A stretch of 64,000 nucleotides of DNA from NCBI GenBank assembly GCA_023382435.1, contig JAHDVS010000008.1, forward strand, positions 12,272 to 76,271. The letters run 5' to 3'. The position numbers were made by a program, and so were the translations under genes. The notes below the pieces were generated by a model. The model was not told the DNA's origin. It did not search any database and saw only the letters and a program-made list of their open reading frames with translations. This DNA is from Thermoleophilia bacterium (GTDB taxonomy: Bacteria; Actinomycetota; Thermoleophilia; Gaiellales; Gaiellaceae). This document shows positions 42,639 to 50,582 of this stretch, piece by piece. Every line of letters starts with the position of its first letter. Position 1 is the first letter of the stretch.

Positions 42639-44698
42639 GTTGCGTCCACCGTCACCCTGCTCTCCTCGAGCCGCACGTCCCAGGCCAGATCGAACGCCCG
42701 CAGGCCCGAGAGACGCAGAGACCCGGCCCACGTGGGCAGCTCTTCCGGAGCGCGCGAGACCAGCACGTGACGGCTGGGGTCGGGCTCGAGTCCGAGCAGC
42801 ACCCGCAGGAGCAGCACCGGCGTTCCGGCCGCCCACGCCTGCGGCCGCGTCGCGGTCGGGTAGGCGATCGGGAAGGGCGTCTCCACCCGGGCGAAGCCGG
42901 CGAACACCTCCGGCAGCTCGTGGTCGAACCACGTGCTCGCGTCGATGATCCGACGAACGATGCGCTGCGCCTCCTGCCAGCGCCCGTACCGCGCGAGCCC
43001 CCAGGCGATCAGCGAGTTGTCGTGGGGCCAGACGGTGCCGTTGTGGTAGGCAAGCGGGTTGTAGCCAGCGTCGGCGGTCGACATCGTTCGGACGCCCCAG
43101 CCCGACCACAGCTCGTCCCCCATCAGCCGGTCGACGATCGCGTCTGCGCGCTCCGGCGGGACGATCCCGCTCCAGAGGAGATGACCGATATTCGAGCAGA
43201 GCGAGTCGACCGGCCGCTTGGCCCGGTCGAGCGCGAGCGCGTAGTAGCCGCCGCGCCGATCGACCCAGAACGCCTCGTCGAACCGCCGCGCCAGCTCGGC
43301 CGCCTCCCGCTCGAGCCGCTCGGAGAGCTCGCGCTCCCGCCAGACCTCGCGCGCCAGCTCGGCGACGCGCAGCTTCGCGTCGTACACGTAGCCCTGGGCC
43401 TCCGCTGGCGCGATCGGCGCCTCCGCCAGGCGCCCGCCGGCGAACCGCTGCGAGTTGCCGGAGTCCTTCCACGACTGGTTCTCGAGCCCCCTCGACGAGC
43501 GCCGTCGGTACTCGACGAACCCGTCCCCGTCGAGGTCGGCGAAGTTCTCGATCCAGCCGAGCGCCCGCAGCGCCGGCTCGCGGAGGCTGCGGACGAGATC
43601 CACATCGTCCGTCCAGCGCCAGACCTCCGAGAGCAGGATCAGGTACAGCGGCGTCGCGTCGATCGTGCCGTAGTAGCGGGGAAACCAAGCCTCCGCCCCA
43701 CGACCGTGCCTGACCTCGTGGACGATCTTCCCCGGCTCCGCGTCGATCTCCGGGTCGTCTTCGAGCGCCTGCAGGCCAGCAAGCGTGTGCAGGGCGGCAA
43801 CCGCAAGCTCGGGACCGAACAGGAGCGTCTGCAGGCACGTGATCAGGGTGTCGCGCCCGAAGACGGCCATGAACCACGGCATCCCGGCGGCAGGAAGCTG
43901 GCCGGCGCCGTCCCCGCCCCGCATCCGCAGCGCGGCGAGGTCCGACACCGAGCGGTCGAACGCGTGCCCGAGATCGTCCCAGCTCCCGCGCAGCTGAGGC
44001 ACGCGCAGGTGCCAGACGGCGAGCGACTCCTGGATCCGATCGAGCTCCTCGCCGAACCGGCGCTCGGCCGTGCGGGCCGGCACCCGCACCCCGTCGGTGG
44101 AGGCGATCACGTCGATCCGCAAGCTCCAGCGGCCGCGCGGCTCGAGCGCCACGCGGTAGCGAACGGTGCCGCCCTCGACCTCGCCCCGGTGCGAGAGCAG
44201 CACCTGCGTCTCACCGCGAAAGCCGTCCCCGGTGGCGAAGACGAGGCGGTTCTCGGACGGGTCGAAACGTGGAGGAACGGGGGTGGCGGGCAGTGCTCGC
44301 CCGGGATCGCCGAGCGCGGCGTCGAACGCCTTGACGGCGAAGATGTCCGCGAAGTCGGCACCGAACTCGAGCCCCACCTCGAGCTCGACCGGGTGGCCGG
44401 CGTGGTTCGTCAGGATCACGTGCTCCTGCATGTCGCGGCCGACGAAGCGCCTCCGCTCGATCGAGACCTCGTCGCTCGCGAGCCCGCCCACCGGGGGGTT
44501 GCGTAGAAACCAGGCCGCCGAGTAGTACTCGACGCGGCCGTGGGAAAGCCGGAGCGGGCTGGCTCCGTTGACCGTGAGGACGAGCCGGGAGAGGAAGCGG
44601 GTGTCGGCCTCGAAGAAGCCGTCGGTCGGCTCCGCGATGTCCCCGCGCTCGTCGGAGATGCAGAACGTCGCGCCTTCGAGGATCGTGATCCGGGCCAC
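42635..44698 (-). CDS. amylo-alpha-1,6-glucosidase / glycogen-debranching-type protein
   Basis: 687 aa from GTG 44698 (VARITILEGATFCISDERGD...); GMPWFMAVFGRDTL and YHNGTVWPHDN motifs. Confidence 0.8.
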   Translation of the reverse strand: MARITILEGATFCISDERGDIAEPTDGFFEADTRFLSRLVLTVNGASPLRLSHGRVEYYSAAWFLRNPPVGGLASDEVSIERRRFVGRDMQEHVILTNHAGHPVELEVGLEFGADFADIFAVKAFDAALGDPGRALPATPVPPRFDPSENRLVFATGDGFRGETQVLLSHRGEVEGGTVRYRVALEPRGRWSLRIDVIASTDGVRVPARTAERRFGEELDRIQESLAVWHLRVPQLRGSWDDLGHAFDRSVSDLAALRMRGGDGAGQLPAAGMPWFMAVFGRDTLITCLQTLLFGPELAVAALHTLAGLQALEDDPEIDAEPGKIVHEVRHGRGAEAWFPRYYGTIDATPLYLILLSEVWRWTDDVDLVRSLREPALRALGWIENFADLDGDGFVEYRRRSSRGLENQSWKDSGNSQRFAGGRLAEAPIAPAEAQGYVYDAKLRVAELAREVWRERELSERLEREAAELARRFDEAFWVDRRGGYYALALDRAKRPVDSLCSNIGHLLWSGIVPPERADAIVDRLMGDELWSGWGVRTMSTADAGYNPLAYHNGTVWPHDNSLIAWGLARYGRWQEAQRIVRRIIDASTWFDHELPEVFAGFARVETPFPIAYPTATRPQAWAAGTPVLLLRVLLGLEPDPSRHVLVSRAPEELPTWAGSLRLSGLRAFDLAWDVRLEESRVTVDAT

Positions 44699-44712
44699 CC
44701 GCGCGAGCTTAC

Positions 44713-45693
44713 TTAGCTCGCGAGGTCCGCGAGCACCCGCCGGGCCTCCTCGACGAGCCCGCGAACCACCGCCGCGGCGGGGACGACGTCCCGGACGAGC
44801 GCGACGCCCTGGCCCGCATACGTCGCCATCGCCTCGATCTCCCCGGCCATCCCGGCCAGCGGGTCGTCGGCGGCGTAGCGCACCACCTCGTAGCCCTCGG
44901 CGGCACGCGCGACGACCTCGCCCTCGCCGGGGCGGCTGCCGTCCGGCGGGCAGCCCGCCTCCCGCCAGCGGCGGACGGTCGAGTTGACGAGCGCCCTCGA
45001 AGGCGCGCCCCGCCAACCGACGTCGAACAGGGTCGAGAGCAGCGTGTCGGTCTCGACGGCCCCGACGAGACGACGCTTGTAGTCCTCGTGCACGGGTGCC
45101 TCGACGGTCGCGACGAAGCGAGTGCCGACCCAGCCCGCCTGCGCGCCCAGAGCGAGCGCGGCCGCGAGGGTTCGCCCGTCCGCGATTCCGCCCGCGGCGA
45201 TCACCGGCACCGGCGAGACCCCGTCGACGACCGCCGGCACGAGCGCCAGCGTCGAGACCTCGCCCCGGACATGGCCACCCGCCTCCCAGCCCTGCGCGAC
45301 GACGGCGTCGACGCCGGCGGCGACGGCCTGGCGAGCCTCCTCGGCACTGGCCACCGTCGAGAGCACGAGGCCGCCCGCAGCGTGCACGGCCGGGACGTAG
45401 GGGGCCGGGTCGCCCCAGTGGAACGAAACGAGACGTACGCCCTCCTCGAGCAGAACGGCGAGCCGCTCGTGCTGTGGCCACTCGAGCACGAGGTTGACAG
45501 CAAACGGACGAGCGGTCAGAGCGCGTGCCTCGCGGATCGTCTCCCTGAGACCGTCCGGCGAGAGCCAGCTTCCCTGGAACTGCCCGAGCCCGCCCGCGTT
45601 CGAGACCGCGGCGGCCAGAGCTGCGCCGCGGGAGATCGGCGCGAGCACCACGGGGGCGTCGATCCCGAGCGTGTCGCAGAGCGGCGTGCGCAC
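44713..45693 (-). CDS. nitronate monooxygenase-family FMN oxidoreductase
   Basis: LGIDAPVVLAPI.., VIAAGGIADGR motifs; start GTG 45693 or TTG 45699. Confidence 0.8.
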   Translation of the reverse strand: MRTPLCDTLGIDAPVVLAPISRGAALAAAVSNAGGLGQFQGSWLSPDGLRETIREARALTARPFAVNLVLEWPQHERLAVLLEEGVRLVSFHWGDPAPYVPAVHAAGGLVLSTVASAEEARQAVAAGVDAVVAQGWEAGGHVRGEVSTLALVPAVVDGVSPVPVIAAGGIADGRTLAAALALGAQAGWVGTRFVATVEAPVHEDYKRRLVGAVETDTLLSTLFDVGWRGAPSRALVNSTVRRWREAGCPPDGSRPGEGEVVARAAEGYEVVRYAADDPLAGMAGEIEAMATYAGQGVALVRDVVPAAAVVRGLVEEARRVLADLAS

Positions 45694-45695
45694 GC

Positions 45696-45941
45696 TCAAG
45701 CGCCGGGGCCGGCCGCGACGTCGGCGAGCGCGCCGAGGTTGCGCGACGGGTGACGGCCGTGCGCGAGGCCCACCAGGTACGTCGCCAGCGGCGCGTTCTG
45801 GCGCTCGCCGCTGCCGTGAGCGGCCGCCCGGGCCAGCTCGAGCAGGATGTCGATGTCGGCCTGCGCGAGCGTGTACCCGGCCGGGTCGTCGCCGACGGCC
45901 GCAGCGAGATCGGCATGCGCGCGCTCGAGCCACTCGTGCAT
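45696..45941 (-). CDS. small DUF6457-like protein
   Basis: 81 aa, MHEWLERAHADLAAAVG...ILLELARAAAH...PLATYLVGLAHGR pattern (family from memory). Confidence 0.5.
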   Translation of the reverse strand: MHEWLERAHADLAAAVGDDPAGYTLAQADIDILLELARAAAHGSGERQNAPLATYLVGLAHGRHPSRNLGALADVAAGPGA

Positions 45942-46043
45942 GACCTCTAGCCTACCGGCGGGCCCCCGACACCGCGCCAGTCATCTGATTAGTTTTGCCC
46001 AGGGGCGCGGGCGCTGCTGGCCGTAATGTCCGTGGTAGGCGAT

Positions 46044-46059
46044 TACGCGCGCGCGCGTA
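46044..46059. repeat. 16-bp perfect palindrome with (CG)6 core in the corrinoid-operon upstream region
   Basis: TACGCGCGCGCGCGTA; followed by two ATATCC copies at 46065..46070 and 46077..46082. Confidence 0.9.
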
Positions 46060-46104
46060 GTCCTATATCCCGCACAATATCCGGCACCGAGACGGAGGCA
46101 GCGT

Positions 46105-46740
46105 ATGAGAGAGGCATTGACGGCGGCGATCGCCGACATCCGCGAGGAGGACGCGCTGGAGCTCACCCAGCAGATGCTCGATGCGGGGGAGGATCCCCGC
46201 GAGATCCTCGAGGCCTGCCGCGAGGGCATGGCGCTCGTCGGCGCACGCTACGAGGAGAAGGACTACTTCCTGCCCGAGCTGATCGTCGCGGGTGACGTGC
46301 TGAAGGCGATCGCCGAGATCGTGAAGCCGCTGCTCCAGGGCGACGGAGAGGGCGCGGACACGCTCGCCACGATCGTGATCGGCACCGTCGAGGGCGACAT
46401 CCACGACGTGGGGAAGGACATCGTCGCGTTCATGCTGGACTCGAACAACTTCGAGGTGATCGACCTCGGTGTCGACGTCCCGGCCTCGAAGTTCATCGAG
46501 GAGATCGAGACGCGCCAGCCTGAAATCGTTGCCATGAGCGGGTTCCTGACGCTCGCGTTCGACCAGATGAAGAACACGGTCGCCGCCATCGACGAGGCCG
46601 GGCTGCGCGACCGCGTCAAGATCATGATCGGCGGCGCCCCGATGGACGACACCGTCACGAAGTACATCGGCGCCGACGCCTACGGCACCGACGCCTCGGC
46701 GGCCGTGACACTCGCGAAGAGCTGGGTAGGAGGGAGCTAG
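46105..46740 (+). CDS. cobalamin-binding corrinoid protein (methyltransferase cognate)
   Basis: GTVEGDIHDVGKDIV (DxHxxG), SGFLT, MIGGAP motifs; N-terminal B12-binding_2-like helical cap; GGAGG 6 nt upstream. Confidence 0.88.
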   Translation: MREALTAAIADIREEDALELTQQMLDAGEDPREILEACREGMALVGARYEEKDYFLPELIVAGDVLKAIAEIVKPLLQGDGEGADTLATIVIGTVEGDIHDVGKDIVAFMLDSNNFEVIDLGVDVPASKFIEEIETRQPEIVAMSGFLTLAFDQMKNTVAAIDEAGLRDRVKIMIGGAPMDDTVTKYIGADAYGTDASAAVTLAKSWVGGS

Positions 46741-46742
46741 CC

Positions 46743-48005
46743 ATGACGGAGATGGCAGACGTCGCAACGAAGACGACGGAGGACCTCTATCAGGAGCGAG
46801 TTCAGCGCATCCTGGACTGCGTCGCCCTCAAGGAGCCGGACCAGGTCCCGATCATGGGCCCGTACGAGCTGTTCCCGTATCAGTACGCCGGGGTGACGTT
46901 CAAGGACGCCATGAACGACTACGCAGTCGCCCGGGAAGCCTGCCACACGTTCCTGGACGACTTCCGGCCGGACGCGGACTTCGGGCCGATTCTCGCCTAC
47001 CCCGCGAAGGCGATGGCGATGCTCGACGTCAAGTGGTTTCGCTGGCCCGGAAACGGCCTCGGCGACAACACGATGTACCAGTTCGTCGAGGGCGAATACA
47101 TGACCGCCGACGAGTACGACGAGTTCGTCTACGACCCGTCGCACTTCATGCTCTCGAAGTGGCTGCCCCGTTCCTTCGGCTCGCTGGAGGGGCTCGCCGG
47201 CTGGCCGCCCGCACGCCTGATGATGTGGTTCGGGTGGACGGGCCTGCTCGCCGGAATGGCCGATCCCGGGGTGCAGAAGGCGCTGCGAAACGCGCTCGAC
47301 GCCGGCGAGGAGCTGGGCCGCTGGTTCGGCTCGATCGGCCAGTACGCGCAGGAGATCAAGGCCAAGGGCTTCCCACAGGCGTTCGGGGCCTTCTCGTGGG
47401 CACCCTTCGACATCGTCGGCGACACGCTGCGCGGGACGCGCGGGATCCTGTCCGACATCGTCCGGCGCCCGGATCAGCTGCTCGCGGCCACGAACAAGGC
47501 GACGCAACTCTGCGTCGAGTACGCGGCCGGGGCGGCCGGAGCCGACCTGCCGCTGTGCTGGATCTGGCTGCACAAGGGCTCGGAAGGCTTCATCTCCGAC
47601 GCGCAGTTCAAGAAGTTCTACTGGCCGTCGCTGCTCGAGGCGATCGAGGGGATGGTCGAGAAGGGCGTGATCCCGGTTGTCTACTGCGAGGGCGACGACA
47701 CCTCGCGGCTCGAGTACTTCACGCAGGTGCCCGAGAAGAGCGTGATCTTCCACATGGCCGTGATGGACATGAAGAAGGCGAAGGAGATGCTCGGCGACAT
47801 CGCGGCGATCTCCGGCAACGTCCCCAATCGCCTGCTCCTGACCGCCACGCCCGACGACGTGCGCGACTACTGCAAGGGGCTGATCGACACGTGCGGGGAG
47901 GGTGGCGGCTACATCATGGACACCTCGGCCCTGCTCGACGAGGCGAAGGTCGAGAACGTGCGCGCCATGTTCGACGTGACCCGCGAGTACGGCGTGTACC
48001 GTTGA
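46743..48005 (+). CDS. URO-D / MtaA-superfamily methyltransferase (corrinoid-dependent, substrate unknown)
   Basis: 420 aa, starts 2 nt after the corrinoid protein; ERVQRILDCVALKEPDQVPIMGPY N-terminus typical of URO-D-like methyltransferases. Confidence 0.65.
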   Translation: MTEMADVATKTTEDLYQERVQRILDCVALKEPDQVPIMGPYELFPYQYAGVTFKDAMNDYAVAREACHTFLDDFRPDADFGPILAYPAKAMAMLDVKWFRWPGNGLGDNTMYQFVEGEYMTADEYDEFVYDPSHFMLSKWLPRSFGSLEGLAGWPPARLMMWFGWTGLLAGMADPGVQKALRNALDAGEELGRWFGSIGQYAQEIKAKGFPQAFGAFSWAPFDIVGDTLRGTRGILSDIVRRPDQLLAATNKATQLCVEYAAGAAGADLPLCWIWLHKGSEGFISDAQFKKFYWPSLLEAIEGMVEKGVIPVVYCEGDDTSRLEYFTQVPEKSVIFHMAVMDMKKAKEMLGDIAAISGNVPNRLLLTATPDDVRDYCKGLIDTCGEGGGYIMDTSALLDEAKVENVRAMFDVTREYGVYR

Positions 48006-48012
48006 AAGCGGT

Positions 48013-48046
48013 TGGCCCGGGCGGCCCGGCCGGGCCGCCCGGGCCA
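48013..48046. promoter_or_regulatory. perfect 34-bp GC palindrome between the methyltransferase and activase genes (hairpin: attenuator/terminator/processing site candidate)
   Basis: TGGCCCGGGCGGCCCGGCCGGGCCGCCCGGGCCA equals its reverse complement; sits in the 46-nt gap 48006..48051. Confidence 0.6.
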
Positions 48047-48051
48047 CTGGC

Positions 48052-49890
48052 GTGATGACGACGTTCCAGGTCGACTTCCAGCCGATCGGCCGGCGCGGTC
48101 CCTGCCGGCCCGACGAGTCGTTCCTCGAGTTCGCCCGGGAGCTCGGCATCGACCTGATCAGTCTCTGCGGAGGCCACGGGCTGTGCGCGCGCTGCCGCGT
48201 GCAGATCGTGGAGGGACATGTCAGCGACCCGACCGGCGCGGACGAGGAGCACCTCACCGAGCGCGAGCTGGCCGAGGGCTACCGCCTGGCGTGCGGCTGC
48301 TTCCCACGGGGTGACTGCACCGTCGGCGTGCCACCGGAGTCCCTCAGCACCGCGATGCGCTCGCAGATCGAGAGCCGTGAGACAGAGGTCGCGCTCGCGC
48401 CGCTCGTCGCGGCGGTCGAGCTGGCTCTGCCCCGACCCTCGCTCGAGCACCCCGCAGCCGACGCGGACAGCCTGCTGGCCGCCCTGCGCGGGCGTCCGGG
48501 ACCCCGGGTGGACGCCGTGGACGTCGACGTCCTGCGCCGGCTCTCGCCCGACCTGAGAACGTGGGACTGGAGCTGCGCGGCGATCGTCCGCGGGCGCGAA
48601 GTGATCTCGGTCGCGCCCCCCGGCTCGCGGCCCGTGGGCCTGGCCGTGGATCTCGGGACGACAGGAGTCGCCGGCTACCTGCTCGACCTGGCAAGCGGCG
48701 AGGTCGTCGCCAGCAAGGGCACCATGAACCCGCAGATCGCCTACGGCGAGGACATCGTCAGCAGGATCACCTATGCGAGGAACTCGCCGGAGCAGAGAGA
48801 GCGGCTGCGGGAGGTAGCGATCGCCGGGCTGAACCAGCTCGCCGCCGAGCTGTGCGCCGAGGCGGGCCTGTCGGCGACCGACGTGGCGGAGGCGGTGGTC
48901 GTCGGCAACACGGCGATGCACCACCTCCTGATTGGCCTGCCCACCGAGCAGCTCGCGCTCTCACCGTTCGTGCCGGCCGTCAGCGACGCACTGGCGATCA
49001 AGGCCCGGGACGCCGGCCTCCGGCTCGCACCGGGCGCCTACCTCTGCCTGCTTCCGAACATCGCCGGGTTCATCGGCGGCGACCACGTCGCGATGCTGCT
49101 GGCGACCGCCGGCGACTGGCGCGGACGGCACGCGATCGCCCTCGACATCGGGACGAACACCGAGATCTCGCTGATCACGCCGGACGGCGCGGTTCGCTCG
49201 CTCTCCTGCGCGTCGGGCCCGGCGTTCGAGGGCTACCACATCAAGGACGGAACGCGCGCGACGGCCGGAGCGATCGAACGTGTTCAGGTCACGGACGAGT
49301 CGGTTCGCTTCCAGACGATCGGCGCCGCCGAGCCCTCCGGGATCTGCGGGTCCGGGATCCTGGACGCGATCGGCCAGTTGCACCTCGCCGGCGTGCTGAG
49401 CTCGAACGGGCGGATCCAGCTCGGCTCGCATCCGCGCGTCCGGGAGGCCGACGGAACGCGCGAGTTCGTGCTCGTCACGGAGGAGGAGCGCGGCGGCCGG
49501 AAGGCGATCTCGGTCACGCAGGAGGACGTCCGGGAGATCCTGCTCGCCAAGGCGGCGATCCAGACCGGCATCGGAGTCCTGCTCGCCGAGAGCGCCCTTG
49601 CCGCCGAGGAGCTCGACGTGATCGTGATCGCCGGGGCGTTCGGAAGCTACATCGACGTCGAGAACGCGATCGCGATCGGCCTCTTCCCGCCGCTCCCGCT
49701 CGACCGCTTTCGCCAGGTCGGCAATGCGGCCGGGCTGGGCGCCAAGCTCGCGCTAGCCTCCTCGGTAGTGCGCGACGAGGCCCGGGAGCTTCTCGACCGG
49801 GTCGACTACCTCGAGCTGGCGCGCTACCCGGGCTTCTCGCGCCTCTACGGGGAGAACTGCCGCCTCGCGGCGGTGGAGCCGGCGCGATGA
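48052..49890 (+). CDS. RACE-type reductive activator of corrinoid enzymes ([2Fe-2S] ferredoxin + ASKHA ATPase)
   Basis: CGGHGLCARC..C ferredoxin motif; DLGTTGVAGY, GNTAMHHLLIG, IGGDHVA, DIGTNTEI ASKHA motifs. Confidence 0.85.
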   Translation: MMTTFQVDFQPIGRRGPCRPDESFLEFARELGIDLISLCGGHGLCARCRVQIVEGHVSDPTGADEEHLTERELAEGYRLACGCFPRGDCTVGVPPESLSTAMRSQIESRETEVALAPLVAAVELALPRPSLEHPAADADSLLAALRGRPGPRVDAVDVDVLRRLSPDLRTWDWSCAAIVRGREVISVAPPGSRPVGLAVDLGTTGVAGYLLDLASGEVVASKGTMNPQIAYGEDIVSRITYARNSPEQRERLREVAIAGLNQLAAELCAEAGLSATDVAEAVVVGNTAMHHLLIGLPTEQLALSPFVPAVSDALAIKARDAGLRLAPGAYLCLLPNIAGFIGGDHVAMLLATAGDWRGRHAIALDIGTNTEISLITPDGAVRSLSCASGPAFEGYHIKDGTRATAGAIERVQVTDESVRFQTIGAAEPSGICGSGILDAIGQLHLAGVLSSNGRIQLGSHPRVREADGTREFVLVTEEERGGRKAISVTQEDVREILLAKAAIQTGIGVLLAESALAAEELDVIVIAGAFGSYIDVENAIAIGLFPPLPLDRFRQVGNAAGLGAKLALASSVVRDEARELLDRVDYLELARYPGFSRLYGENCRLAAVEPAR

Positions 49891-50582
49891 CCGTCAGGCG
49901 GGACTTCGAGCTCGTTTTCGACGACTCCTACTTCGTCCGGCTCCACGGCGACGGCTTCGCCCGGCTGCTCGAGCAGCCGGCGCGTCGGGCCCGGCTCGCC
50001 TCCGTACTCGAGGAGGCGCGCGAGGTGATGGAGCCGGCCGCGTGCTACGACGCCTTCCCGATCGAGAAGGTCATGCACGGCCAGTTCCGGCTTGCCGGAG
50101 GCACCCGGATCGGCGGTGGCCCGGTGGTCGAGGTGCTCGGCGGTGCCGAGGTCCTGTACGCGGCGATCTGCACGATCGGGTGCGCCCTCGACGAGCGCGT
50201 GCGCGCCCATCGCGAGGCGGGGCGGCGCTTCGAGATGCTGATGCTCGACGAGCTCGGCTCGTGGGCGGTCGACCAGGTGCGTCAGCAGCTCTACGAGGGG
50301 CTCAGCTGCGAGCTCGCCGGGCGCGACTGGCGCACGAGCAGCCCCCTTTCCCCGGGCGAGGGTGTCTGGTCGATCCGCGAGCAGCGGACGATCTTCAAGC
50401 TGCTCGATGCCGACGAGATCGGGGTCAGGCTGCTGCCCTCCTACGTGATCGAGCCGATGAAGTCCCTGACCGTCGTGTTCGGGGCCGGTGCCAGCCCGAT
50501 GGGCGTAGAGGGGCTGACGAACTGCGACTTCTGCTCGATCCAGGACCGCTGCCGCTACGCGGGAGCACGCATCGCGCACTAG
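49887..50582 (+). CDS. homologue of the MetH AdoMet-binding reactivation domain, with C-terminal C-x2-C-x5-C
   Basis: 231 aa; ATGA overlap with the activase; SPGEGVWSIREQRTIFKLLDADEIGVRLLPSYVIEPMKSLTVVFG resembles the MetH activation-domain core. Confidence 0.65.
   Translation: MTVRRDFELVFDDSYFVRLHGDGFARLLEQPARRARLASVLEEAREVMEPAACYDAFPIEKVMHGQFRLAGGTRIGGGPVVEVLGGAEVLYAAICTIGCALDERVRAHREAGRRFEMLMLDELGSWAVDQVRQQLYEGLSCELAGRDWRTSSPLSPGEGVWSIREQRTIFKLLDADEIGVRLLPSYVIEPMKSLTVVFGAGASPMGVEGLTNCDFCSIQDRCRYAGARIAH

Noticed and set aside
45942-46104. Cobalamin riboswitch upstream of the corrinoid operon
   Set aside because: The region is only about 160 nt. I could not find a B12-box-like core (only a weak GCCAGTC). 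A riboswitch would also not be expected upstream of B12-using enzymes. Running a covariance model (Rfam cobalamin) would settle it.
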